Below, piece after piece: positions 50,996-62,545 of a DNA stretch of 64,000 nucleotides. Position numbers and translations under genes: made by a program. Every line of letters starts with the position of its first letter. Position 1 is the first letter of the stretch. The notes under the pieces were generated by a model. It was not told where the DNA came from, did not search any database, and saw only the letters and a program-made list of their open reading frames with translations. The stretch comes from Heterodontus francisci (taxonomy: Eukaryota), in contig NC_090400.1 in the NCBI RefSeq assembly GCF_036365525.1, positions 47,327,138 through 47,391,137 on the forward strand, read 5' to 3'.

Positions 50996-52145
50996 AGTGC
51001 TTTTTGGATCTTAGTCCCTTTGGGAAACCAGTAAGCAGGAATAAAAGTGCTTCTCACTGAGAGGAAAAAAAAACTAAGGGCAAGTATGATTGATGCACAC
51101 CTCCTAAAAACCAGCTTGAGCACCCCATGGTCACGTTGTCTGTAATTTTCCTTCTCTGCCCCGCCAGACAAGGGTTGGCTGGTGTCACTGGGATAATCAA
51201 TAGGGGTGTAAAATAGCTTTAAAAATTGAGATGGGGAAGCAAAATAAAATGTTCCTTTATTTCCTAGTAATTAAAATGTTGGCTGTCACTAGCATGATTA
51301 CTTATTTTTAAAATCTAGCTCCACAAATATGCTCTCCACGTTTGCAAGTGTCACTTTTAATTTCCATTTCTACATTTAAAAGATTTGCTGCTTTGTGATC
51401 AACAAAGATTTGTTAATCTTCTAAGCTTGTATCAATCAATGTTACCAAGTACAAAGGGTCTTGAATCGTTGACCAAATCGCCTCACTGAACCCACAGTAA
51501 AGACAAGAATATTGTGACCAGACTCCCAAATGATAGTTGGAGTGATCTGCTTTCTTGCTCTCCCAGTGATTTCCATAGGTACACAGCTCATACCTGTACG
51601 CTATCATTTTCAGTGGTTTTGTTTTTCTCTCCTCTCTGCTTTTCTTCTGAAGGCACTAACATGCTAAAGGTACAGTACCTCAACCATGACCATGGATTGT
51701 TTCCAAGCCTGGATAGATAGTATTGGCTTGTTACTTGGTTGTGAGATGCATCACAGCCAAGTTCAATCCTGTCCACATGTGCGCATTTTCCAATAGGGAC
51801 ACCAAATAGCAATTAGGTGTGGGAACACTGGCTCATGTTCCTTTCTTGCTCTGCCTGTTTTACCTATGATAATGTAGCTCTGAATAGTAGAGGAATCAAA
51901 AGCTGGATCTTCCGCATCTGAATGAGTCACTACTTACTCACTTACTTTATTGTATTTTAATTGATGCCTTGGAAGACACAAAGCTGCTGTTAAGGGAACA
52001 ACTGTTTTATTGAAACCGTACTCCCGACAATAGCTTTAAGATTTAATGCTACTTCATTGCTGAATGAAATGGGCTAGAATTGAAATCCTGCATTTAAACT
52101 AGAACCTTTTCAAACTCCTAGTGACAGGCTTAAAGTCTCCCTTGG

Positions 52146-52483
52146 TTTTATTTATTTATTTAGAGATACAGCACTGAAACAGGCCCTTTGGCCCACCGAG
52201 TCTGTGCCGACCAACAACCACCCATTTATACTCATCCTACATTAATCCCATATTCCCTACCACCTCCTCACCATTCTCCTACCACCTACCTACACTAGGG
52301 GAAATTTACAATGGCCAATTTACCTATCAACCTGCAAGTCTTTGGCTGTGGGAGGAAACCGGAGAACCCGGCGGAAACCCATGCGGTCACGGGGAGAACT
52401 TGCAAACTCCGCACAGGCAGTGCCCAGAACTGAACCCGGGTCGCTGGAGCTGTGAGGCTGTGGTGCTAACCACTGTGCCGCCC
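52146..52483 (-). mobile_element. HE1-type V-SINE
   Basis: Reverse complement of the 29372-29670 family. Confidence 0.9.
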
Positions 52484-52593
52484 ATGTCTATCCATTTTAA
52501 TTCACATGGGAACTGCAATTCTGCTGTGTAGAGTATATCACAATGTTGAGAGCTGTTTGTTGATCACGTGTATTTCTGCCTCTTTTATTTTAG

Positions 52594-52698
52594 AGTTGGA
52601 GGTTCATGGCATTGTCCCAATAAATGTAGAGAGCCGGGAAGATAGCTGGGCTGTGAAGATACTTAATCTTCTCTCAATGATCCAGTTCTTGCAAGCAG
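52594..52698 (+). CDS. EXO5: EXO5 coding exon 4
   Basis: TTTTATTTTAG acceptor. E-LEVHGIVPINVESREDSWAVKILNLLSMIQFLQA-G. Donor G|GTATGT; phase 1 at both ends. Confidence 0.93.
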
Positions 52699-53119
52699 GT
52701 ATGTAAAAGGCATGGTAGGTAGTTCATTAAAGGCAGAGAATTTGTGTTTTCATCATAAAATATTTTAGCATGTTCAACATTTTTCTTCTTTTCTCCACAA
52801 AGCATCTCGGACTCCTTCAACTGAAAAGTTTGCTTTGTAACCTTTTCCACAGCACCACCCAGTTTGCTTGTCTTGCTAGATGGAGTCTTTTTTAAAAAAC
52901 TTGCTGTGTTGGCCTCTTCCGAATGTGGAAGGCCTTGTTGTGGTGAGATGCACCACTAGTACATTCAGCTGAGAACTGTCAAAATCTAGCTGAAAGGTAG
53001 TCGGATTTGAGTGATGGGTCACGTAGGACTCAAAATCTCTAACCGTCTCCTTTAGTCGTGAATGTCATTGTGGCTGACCAGTCTACTATACATCATATCT
53101 AACGAAGTGTGTTGTATAG

Positions 53120-53292
53120 GAGAGCGTGTACGAGAGCTGCCTGTGTTTGGAGAGATGGAGGGGATTTTCCTGGTTGGTGTTATTGATGAGCTGCGCTATA
53201 ATTCCAATGGTGAACTGGAATTGTGTGAATTGAAAACTCGTGGCCAGCGAACATATCCCAGTGCAGCCCAAAGAAAAAGTCATCACTTACAA
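53120..53292 (+). CDS. EXO5: EXO5 coding exon 5 (RecB-type nuclease motifs)
   Basis: [25 protein letters not shown]...[10 protein letters not shown]...HHLQ carries the catalytic D and ExK motifs. Donor GTAAGT at 53293, phase 0. Confidence 0.95.
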
Positions 53293-53725
53293 GTAAGTGG
53301 GTGGGACAAGAATCATTTGGAATGAATCAGTTTTCACTGACTCACTTAATGCTGGTTATTAAAATGTTGTCATCAAGCTTTTGCATAATATTTCATAATA
53401 TTTGGAACAAAAATGACTGGTCATTCCCAGACCTCATTGGACAAACATACCCCGTTGCATTGATAAAGGTGAATCACCGGTTACGTTTTGTATAGTTAAC
53501 TTGTATCTATGCAAAGCTTACTCTATAGTCCAACAATGACCATGGAGCCTTTGTACTTCAGAGCGAATTCAAAGTTCCTATGGTGGGAGTATTTTCATGG
53601 ACTTTTCTGTCTGGCTTATTTAGCAGCTCTCTTACCTCTGGGTCAGAAAGTTTTAGGTTCAAGCCTTCCATCAGGACTTGAATGCACAAACTAGTCCAGT
53701 GCACAGTGTACTGCGTTATTGGAGG

Positions 53726-54164
53726 TAAAGGCCTGCTACCTGATCCAAATCCAACGGGACCCAACGACATGTGTTGGGATCAGGTTGGGTCTCTCTTCCG
53801 GGTCTGGCTTTCGGGCTCGGGTCGGGTCCGGGTCGGGCCGGGCCGGGCCGGGTCCAGGTCGGGGACACAAAGTAAGTATTGCATTTTGCTCTGCTGGTAA
53901 GTGTTAAAAGTTGAAAAGCCTACCTTAGCTGGAGTTCCAAACGTCGAGGAGGGAAACTCTGAGTCTGCGCAGTGAGCGAGTGAGCATCTCTATGACATCA
54001 TCAGGCTCATGCTGCAGATTCGGAGTCGCGAGGTAGGTAAAGGGAACATTCCGGTGGTTGGGTGGGGGAGAAAATGGAGGGACACTGGCTGGGTCGGGCT
54101 TGGCTCCAATGTGGTTCTTTCGGGTGCGGGTCGGATTTTTTTTCCCTACCTGAGCAGGCCTTTA
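53726..54164. mobile_element. hAT-type MITE inserted in a DeuSINE-like SINE (about 53615-54250)
   Basis: Perfect 12-bp TIR TAAAGGCCTGCT/AGCAGGCCTTTA, 8-bp TSD ATTGGAGG/ATTGGAAG, (TCGGG)n subterminal repeats. Confidence 0.85.
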
Positions 54165-54332
54165 ATTGGAAGTACCATCAGATGAGATGTCAAATTGAGG
54201 CGCCATCTGTGGACCAGTAGTTCAGTTGGACATTAAAAATTTTAGGGCTAGTTTAAAAAAAAGTCTTTTTATTATTTTAGGTTCCATTCTGCCCTTCTTG
54301 CTGTGGATCTTTTGGAGTCTGTGGTGTTCGGC

Positions 54333-55318
54333 TAGTGGTTCTGAAACTCCAGCATCCGCAGTATTTTGCTTTTATTTTAGTGTTTAATTCACTGCCACTT
54401 CTCTTCCAGGAATGCCTACCTTGAAGAAGTTCTGCTCTTCTCTCCGACGGGATTTTCGTTTGTCTCTTTTACCTTGTTCACCTTCATTGCTTTCTATTTC
54501 CCTCCTGGTGTTTGATAAGGTATCTACCAAAACTCGTTTTCACAGCCACATCTCCTTCCTCAGTGACTGTCTCCGGCTCCAACTGATTCCACGTGGATTC
54601 CAACTGCAGTTTCACCCATCATGCTTTGAAACCACCCAGGATCACAGGTATCTCCGAGAAATACAACGTTCCTCGGACTGCTACTCTCGCCGCATCCTGA
54701 GATCCACACTCAGTGCTATGCGCCGCCATATGCACACACTGGACCTCTCTCTCCAGCAGCACCGTCTCACCTTATCTCAAATCTGTTCTACTCCGCAATG
54801 CTGCCAGACCTGCTGAGTGAATCCAGCATTTCTTGTTTTTGGTTCTGAAACTTTTTTGGTTGAAGGACCACTTTTCAAATGCATTAATAATCTAAATTAT
54901 AACACTATATAATACTCGTTATACAAGCTGTGCTTGCACAGTGTTTTAATTATGCTTTTAAGAAAATAGATATTTACTTACAGATATCAGCGAGTTTGGT
55001 GTGGCTACTTAAATATTTAAAAAACTCCGCTCTCATGAACAAGGATTAATTCATCCGATGTCCACCACCAGCTTTAGTATCTCTTGGTTTACCTGGCAAA
55101 CTTCATGCTGCTCTTAGCGCTCCTCCATGTGTGCTCGCTAGCTTGTAGGCGAGACAACCGACCCACTCTGCACAGCACGTGGCCTCCATACACTGATCCT
55201 CTTACCTGCCTCGCACTAAGCCCACCTCCAGCAGCCACTCATTTGCTTACTTCCAGATTACTTTGGAAGTTTCTTTGGACCCCCGGGGGATCCGTGGACC
55301 TCAGTATGAGAGCCACTT
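54333..55318. mobile_element. Old hAT (Charlie-like) MITE with the Penelope fragment inserted in its left TIR
   Basis: TAGTGGTTCTGAAACT...AGTATGAGAGCCACTT resembles CAGTGGTTCTCAAACT TIRs. Flanks TGTTCGGC/TGTTGGCT look like a degraded TSD. Confidence 0.5.
54349..54839 (+). mobile_element. Penelope-like fragment carrying the ORF N-terminus, 13-bp TSD
   Basis: TSD TGGTTCTGAAACT at 54336-54348 and 54840-54852. ORF 54412-54816 includes HISFLSDCLRLQLIPRGF; both ends are pieces of the Penelope terminal repeat. Confidence 0.8.
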
Positions 55319-56509
55319 TGTTGGCTCAATCTTGGGTGACTCCCAACTCCCTCACTTTGAAAGTGTCTTCACTTATCTAAATAAATGTTCAGTAATATTT
55401 TCAAGCTAACAAACAGAACAAACTCTGTTAATTGTTTAAACATTAGAAAATATCTTATTGCCTCCGCAAGATGATTTTTGAAAAGCAACAGACCCTCACC
55501 TCAGACCTCATTTTAGGTTTCTTAATAGTTTAATTAATAAATTCTCTTAACAGGCCATTGTCTAATAATATTTATACAGTAGAAATTTTATTATTTAAAT
55601 CCTTGCAAGGAAAACAGCAAAAAGAAACACTCTATACCTTATGGTATTCTTCTGTAGATAACTTTTATGTACATGGTTCTTTTCTTTCTTGTAATCTCTA
55701 CCTGCAAGAGCTTATTAGTCTATTGGTTGTAGATTCCATTCAGTTTAATAAAACAGTACTCAGGATTTACAGGGTTTGATATCCATCGATTGGTTGCTAG
55801 AACTTGTTTGGATTTAAATGACGTGACATTTGGATTCAAAAATAATTGGCTATTACACACATAACTGAACCATTTACACTCTGCAATTATTTGAAATATG
55901 TAGCTTGGTTTTTCTCTAAGCCTATAACCATGGAAATTAATTGTAAAAGCTCATAATATTTCTGTCATTTGCTGGCTTTCAAACATTTAAGTATTGTTAC
56001 TGAATTCGACAGCTACCTGATTCAAGTATATACTGCTTCATTTTTTTCGTCACACTGATCAATATTCCTCTCTCAACCAATTTCTCAATGTTTGTGGAGC
56101 ACTATTGCTGCAGAAGGGCTGCAGCATTTCCCTGCCTAACAGTTCCTGTACTCTTTAAAAAAATAATGTCCTTTGAGATGTTACAATGACATAACCCAGT
56201 ATTTAAATGGAAGTATTTATTTTTTGATGCTGTTGTGTTCTGTCTAAATCACATTTCCAGCGAAATGACAAAACATCTTGGGACATGATCTTGCTACAGT
56301 CCAGTTGGGAAGAAGTAATGGGTTGCTGTTATGTCACTTTGCTTCTCATGCTCTATAGTCCTTGCACAATCTATTCCGCAAAACCAGGGAACCAATGATG
56401 AGCTCTAGTGTGTGAAATGAATAGCAAACAGATGTTGGAGTGATGATATTATTTGTTACACAGATTGGATCATTATCATCTAGTAAAATGCAGTCTCTTT
56501 TATTACCAG

Positions 56510-56977
56510 GTTAGTGTATACAAACTTCTCTTTGAGGCCATGATGAAAGGCCAACTGAACAAGGACACCATCACTCACCATCTTCACTTACGGACAGAGC
56601 ATCCCTTTGGGTCAGAGGTTATGGTATATGCTCAGAACATGGGATTTACCATAAACACATTTGGCGACTTACTGGATTTAATGTTGTTAAACCTGACGTA
56701 TTCAGAGATCCCCAATGTCGACACCATGAAGATAGAATACTGTTACCAAGCAGATGCCTCTGTAATTGGAACAGAAGTGGTGTGCTTTGAGGAGGAGTGG
56801 ATTAAAAGTGAGCTGAAGCATTATTGCTCCTTCTGGAAGGGCCAGAGGGAGGCCAAGGGTGTGGATATTGAAGAGGCGTGGAAATGTCGGTCTTGTGACT
56901 TTGGAGACATTTGTGAGTGGAGAAAGAGTAAAGCTGAAGAAGCAGCACAAAATAACCGAGCAAATCAAAGCAAATGA
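56510..56977 (+). CDS. EXO5: EXO5 coding exon 6 (last), C-terminal Fe-S cysteines
   Basis: TTATTACCAG acceptor. VSVYKLLFEAM...GVDIEEAWKCRSCDFGDICEWR (CxxCxxxxxC). TGA ends at 56977. Confidence 0.95.
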   Translation, partial: VSVYKLLFEAMMKGQLNKDTITHHLHLRTEHPFGSEVMVYAQNMGFTINTFGDLLDLMLLNLTYSEIPNVDTMKIEYCYQADASVIGTEVVCFEEEWIKSELKHYCSFWKGQREAKGVDIEEAWKCRSCDFGDICEWRKSKAEEAAQNNRANQSK

Positions 56978-59062
56978 GGATTGTAATCAGCTTGTAGTTT
57001 TAAACAGGAACCATCAAATTCTCCTCGTGCCACATCCAGGGTACCACACTATAAGCATTATAGCGCCAGCACACCAATGCCAGTTAATCGCTCAACTGCC
57101 CAGGCCACAAAACTTGACAAATATGGTACGAGAAATCTTTCTTGCTACAGAGAGGATTTCCATTAGTGCTTTTCTACTGCCTCATGCATCTCTGCTGTCA
57201 TGTAAAGGAGTTTCCAGCTGTACTGAATTGAATGTATTTTTGGATGTGAAATGTCTCATGGTACTGTTATTAACTTTATAGCATTTTGGACAGATGTAGC
57301 TGCCAGCAGACAAGGTTTGCCAAGAGCCAGTCCTTCTTGCAGCATCTGTTGAAATTTAGCCAAATGCCCTTTTTTTCCTTTTAAAATGAAACCTTTCCCT
57401 TTTTGTATTTTTGTATATGTGTCTTCTGACAGTAATAAGTTGATGTAAAAGGAAAAAAAAGCTTACATTACTATAGCGCCTTTCATAACCATAAGGACAC
57501 CCCCAATGTGCTTTACAGCCAATGAAGTACTTTTGAAGGGCAGTCTCCGTTGTAAAGTGGGAGTATAATTATGTTGTAATGTAAGTAGTGATCCACCATG
57601 CATATTTAGACAAAGTTTACCAAATTGCTCTCTTCAGAGCTCTTTTTAACAGAACTAGAGTTTTAGGCACTACAGCCCAAGTGTTCTTGATAGTGTCAGG
57701 ATATCCCTCGATAATCAAGAAACCATAATTATAAGCTACAAGGAGGGAGTTTGGAGAAAATAATTTTGTAACCTTCCATTCCACCTTTCAGTCCTTAATC
57801 GTCCTCACCTTCCTTCCCTTCCTTTTGAAAGAACTGACTCCTTGGTAAGGCCTGGTCTAGGCACTTCGTCCAAGTAGTTATTATTCATATGTGAATTGTG
57901 ACACTGGATAGCAACAGTTGGAGCAGGAGCATCGCACATACACTATTCTTGTTGTCACCGAACATCCACATACACCCAGCTGGGGTCAGTGGTTAGCAGA
58001 AACCCCGGAAAAGTCCGTCCTTTCAGCTCATCTGCATTCAGTTGTGGCTTCTCTCCTGCTGCTCTGGCTGAAGTCAATTAGTTAACTGAGCAGACACTGG
58101 GAATTGAATTTGGAATTTTCCTGGTGTGGTTGTATAAATTCATTGAGCATCCTGGAAAATGATCTTGAAGGCAAATGGTTCAGGACTTTCTATTGGTCTC
58201 ATTTAATTTCTCAATCAATGCAAGATAATTATGGAGTTCAATTTCAAAAGGTTTGTATTGTAAATTATAAGACAATCCTTTTCAAGCAGTGCTCTGCCAC
58301 CGTGTGTTGGGGCATCAGCATGTGGTGTCATACAGAGGGGATGCCATTTCAATTTCCACAATGTTGTTGAGTTTCCACTACTGGCCATCCCATTTCGGGC
58401 AGGAAGTTTGAAAGAGTTGTCCCTGGGCTGCTGTTGTGCACCTTCCAGAAGATGGTGCAAGATCAGTGAAGACAGCTCTAGGAATAGGTCACCTGCCCAC
58501 CCTTTTGACTGCAGGAGATATGCAGCCTGCGTAAATATGAATGGAAATAAAACTAGGGGGGACTTATCATGAATGAAAGGTACAGTTACATTGTAGGATA
58601 TTAGCATCTGAACAGTCAAAATGTATTCATACAAAATTCCTTTGTCCAATATTCCAAGGGAATAATAAACCTGTTCATTTTAAATGTTAGGAAAGGAATT
58701 TCAGAGGAAAATATTAAGCATTTTCATGCCAGTATCTCATAGCATGATTCAGAGCCTTTAACATGTTAAAGGATTAAGCTACACTTATTAATAAGCTAGA
58801 TAATGCAATTTTTTTTAAAGCTCCCAAAAATACATAAATTGTGCATGGCCAGTTCTTTGGTAAAATTGAGTTTATGGTCCTGGTTCTGAAGCACTACATA
58901 ACACAAATTGCACTGATAATTTCCCTCATGATTTTAGTCTCTTAAACAATCTCTGCTAATATTTTAATATTTCATATCCATTCCTCTATCTGGTTTCTTT
59001 AGTTTTGAGCATTTTAAAAGTATAATAAAGCATAATCTGCATTGGTCTTTTTTATCACCAAA

Positions 59063-59068
59063 AATAAA
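59063..59068 (+). terminator. Candidate EXO5 polyadenylation signal
   Basis: AATAAA followed by GT/T-rich CTTTGTGTCTCTTGTGCTTT. Other AATAAA hexamers occur at about 58545, 58665 and 59024. Confidence 0.4.
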
Positions 59069-60139
59069 CACTTTGTGTCTCTTGTGCTTTAATTAAAAAT
59101 GGAATGTTATTTTCCCTCTCTAAAGTTTGCAAAGTTTCCATTGACTGCCAGTGTACATTGTATTTTTATCCCTTGATATAACAGCAAAATTCTGTAGTTT
59201 TAGCAGCATTATCATGGACGATATCTTTGCGACATATTATTTGCCTCACTATCTCCAGATACATTAATATCAGAGGCAAAGTTGAATATGCCTTCTGGTT
59301 TTTTTGGGGATAAATGTTACACAACATTTGTGAAATTTCTTTGTCCACTATTTTACTGAGGAGTCAACTCCTTCCAAATAAATGTATGAAGATCCTCTGC
59401 TGTCAATACAATTGTAATGTATGATGTGGTAATATTGCACAGCACAATCTCGCTGTGTTTAAATCTAAGCTTAATTATTACACATAAGTGGAGCCAGTGG
59501 CAACTTCTATGTAATGCAGGCAGTTGCTAAAGAGACATGTCCAACTCTCCACTCAATAAAATGTCTAGGTCCTGTGGATGCTTATTACACTGAAATAAGG
59601 GTATCTTTAATAAATAGTCTACATCACAGTAACTAATGTTACCTAGCTGGTTGCTTGTATTGTTCCTGACTAGTCAAGCAATGAATCACTACAGGCAAAA
59701 TATGATTCTTAAAATATATTATGCAAGGAATCTACATCTCAAAACAAGAACCCACCCAGGAATAAAACACTTATTTTTGTGAATGGAGAAGAATTCCCAG
59801 CATAATGTAGAACTTCATCTTAGTACTCGTGTCACCAGGGATGGATTAATTCACAGGCCTATGCCCAGGGGCTCCAGCCAAGTATGGGCAATGCAGAAAA
59901 AATGCACGCAACCATTGGATCAGAATATCGTAGTATTTAAAATAGTGTCAGAAGGATGGAGGCATTGTTGGCAAATTTGTTACCATATAAATACTGACAG
60001 CAATGCGTAAACATTCTATAGGCCTATTTATGCATATATTTTGTTACCTGTGTATTTTAATGAATGGGGACAGGTGCGGAGGGGCCTCCAAGAATTCTTA
60101 ATATGCATGTCACATGTTAGTGGTTTACTGAATCCTGTT

Positions 60140-60465
60140 CTCCCTCCCCCCCCCCCCCCCCCATTGTTTCTCCTTTCGTCTCCCCTCACCCCTTTGTTTC
60201 TGTTTCCCCTTGCCTGCCTCTATGTTTCCTACTCCCTCGATCATTACCTTGTCTCCCTCACAGTTCCCTTCACCTCCCATTCCTCAGCTCCCCAATCTCC
60301 CACCAACATTCATTCCCCATCCCAACCCCAGGATCTCACCCAATCTTCCCTCCCTCCAACTCCCCTCTCATCACCTCCTGTTCCTTAACTCCCCACTCTC
60401 CCACCAAAGGCTCTTCACTTCCCTCCCAGCTCCTCACCTCCCCTGTCACCATCAGTTCCTCCCGT
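60140..60465. repeat. Pyrimidine-rich low-complexity tract
   Basis: About 320 nt, mostly C/T, starting with a poly-C run. Confidence 0.7.
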
Positions 60466-61029
60466 TTCCACAAGCGAAACTGCTGCTCCTTCAGACAGCA
60501 ATTGCCAAAAACTTCCGCATTGAATTGGCGAAACCGAAAGTGTAACTGACCAGCCTGATCGCAGGAGTGATCCGACAACGCGCAAACTGAAAATCCACAA
60601 TGTTTTTGGAGATATTCCTTTTGCACTTTTGGATTCTTACTGCCGGTAAGACGATCAGCCGCTTGCAGGCTAAAGGAGCAGAACTGATTTAATTTAATGA
60701 TTGTATTTATGTTTGAAATCGGCCGCCCAAAGGGGCCTTTCGAATATGAAATTAACAATGCAAGCTCAGTATAAAATGGCAGTGTAACTGCATCGAGTGA
60801 GAGTCTGAATATCAAAATGCTATCAATCCGCAAAGACAAGTCAGAACACCATTGGTTCACTGTCATTGATGGGAGAATAGGGACTTTTGGGACCCCTTCC
60901 CTTTCCACAGGTGGGTGGATTAGAAACCCAGATAAAATCTTCCCTGCAAAATGTATCTGTAAAGGGGTAAGCATTCCTCTGGTGGTTATGCATTATTACT
61001 TTGTAAACATTTATGTGAAGGTATCTTTA

Positions 61030-61560
61030 GATCAGTTTGGCTCAGAGCTAGTGTACTATCCCCTCCATAGCACAAGGTTGTGACAGCAGATTGCAGTGCT
61101 GAGGGAGTGCCGCACTATTGCAAGTACTGTGCTTTCCATGAGAAGTGAAACTTTAAACCCCTTTAGTGATGTTAAAGAGTCCATGGTGAAGCTTAACGAG
61201 ATGCAGTGAGTTCTCCCTCATGTCCTAGCAAACATTTATCTCTTAACCAACATCACCACAAGGTCACAGACCTGAAGCGTTAACTCTGCTTCTCTCTCCA
61301 CAGATGCTACCAGACCCACTGAGTATTTCCATCACTTTCTGTTTTTATTTCAGATTTCCAGCAGCCGCAGTATTTTGCATTTATTTTACCAAAGAAATAT
61401 TATTTGGTCATTCACCTCATTGCTGTTTGTGAGCTGTGTTCAAAATGGCTGCAACACTTGCCTACATAAGATCAATGACATTGTTTCAAAGTAATTCATT
61501 GCATATGAGGCAAAGTGGGGTATTTCTCTGAGAGATATGAACAGGTGCTATATAAAGGAT
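61030..61560 (+). mobile_element. DeuSINE-like SINE with a nested short Penelope terminal-repeat fragment (about 61261-61388)
   Basis: GCAGTGCTGAGGGAGTGCCGCACT core, interrupted by AGGTCACAGACCTGAAGCGTTAAC...GTATTTTGCATTTATTTT. Confidence 0.7.
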
Positions 61561-62014
61561 TCTTTTGTCTATTAAATTCATAAACACAAGAATAGTTTAC
61601 AATTTCACAAGAAATGCTGAACAGCTGGAATCTTCAGCAATGCAATTAAGATGCAGGTACATGTAAGGACTAGAGAGTGCTTTACCCAAATTATGTGAAC
61701 TGCAAAAGGTGCTCTATTTTTAAAAGTGCTGCAGAGCAGTGAAGTCTTTTGATAACTTCAATAGAGGAGGACATGGGTAGAAGTGTTGAATTTGGATACT
61801 TGAATGTAGACTGCTTTAGAATGGATCTGGTGCTTCAGATCAAAAAAAGTGGGTAATAGTTTATTGCCTCACTATACATTGTATAGCAATTCAGTAATAA
61901 TATTGAGTCCAATGCAGAAACAAATTAAACTAGGTTTGGAACATAGGAGCAGGAGTAGGCCATTCAGCCCCTCAAGCCTGTTCCACTTTCCAATGCAATT
62001 ATAGCTGACCTGTA

Positions 62015-62342
62015 ATAAAAGCAAAATACTGTGGATGCTGGAAGTCTGAAATAAAAACAGAAAGTGCTGGAAATACTCAGCAGGTCTGGCAGAATCTGTG
62101 GATAGAGAAACAGAGTTAACATTTCAGGTCAGTGACCTTTCATCAGAACTGACAAAGCTTAGAAATGTAATAGACTTTGAGCAAGTGAAAGGTGGGAGGG
62201 GGGGGGGGGGGGGGGTGGGGGGGAGGGAAGAACAAAAGGGAAGGTTTGTGATAGGCAGGAGGGCAAGAGAGATTAAATGACAAAGATGTCATGGAATAAA
62301 AGGCAAAGGGAGTAGTAGTTGTAGTAAAAGGCAAAGCATATT
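62015..62342 (-). mobile_element. Penelope terminal-repeat insertion with 17-bp TSD, inside a CR1 tail fragment
   Basis: TSD ATTATAGCTGA(C/T)CTGTA at 61998-62014 and 62343-62359. Contains the hammerhead motif at 62114-62150. Confidence 0.85.
62114..62150 (-). ncRNA. Minimal hammerhead ribozyme motif, CpG-decayed in stem III
   Basis: The - strand reads AGTT-CTGATGA-AAGGTCACTGACCT-GAAATGTT-AACT. Confidence 0.6.
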
Positions 62343-62399
62343 ATTATAGCTGATCTGTACCTTAACTCTATCCAACCACTTTGGTTCCAAATGATAGTA

Positions 62400-62545
62400 C
62401 TCTGGTATAGTACTGAGTGAGTGCAACAATATTGCATTGGTGCAACAGCCTGGATTTATGTGCTGAAGTCTCTGGGGTAGGGCTTGGAACCCACAATCTT
62501 CTGACTCCTCGGGAAGGTTGCTAGTGACTGAGCCACAGCTAACAC
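62400..62545 (-). mobile_element. tRNA-derived SINE head fragment
   Basis: GGAACCCACAATCTTCTGACTC...ACTGAGCCACAGCT is the reverse complement of the SINE head. Confidence 0.6.

Noticed and set aside
53760-53860. Short GC-rich repeats as a CRISPR-like array
   Set aside because: No repeat-spacer periodicity; they are subterminal repeats of a hAT MITE in eukaryotic DNA.
54412-54816. 134-aa ORF as a novel host gene or EXO5 exon
   Set aside because: Bounded by a TSD and Penelope repeat pieces, and EXO5 exons 5 and 6 join in phase without it.
60041-60974. Pro-rich ORFs and a 212-aa minus-strand ORF
   Set aside because: Driven by the low-complexity C/T tract and probable repeat sequence; no recognisable domain or convincing splice structure.
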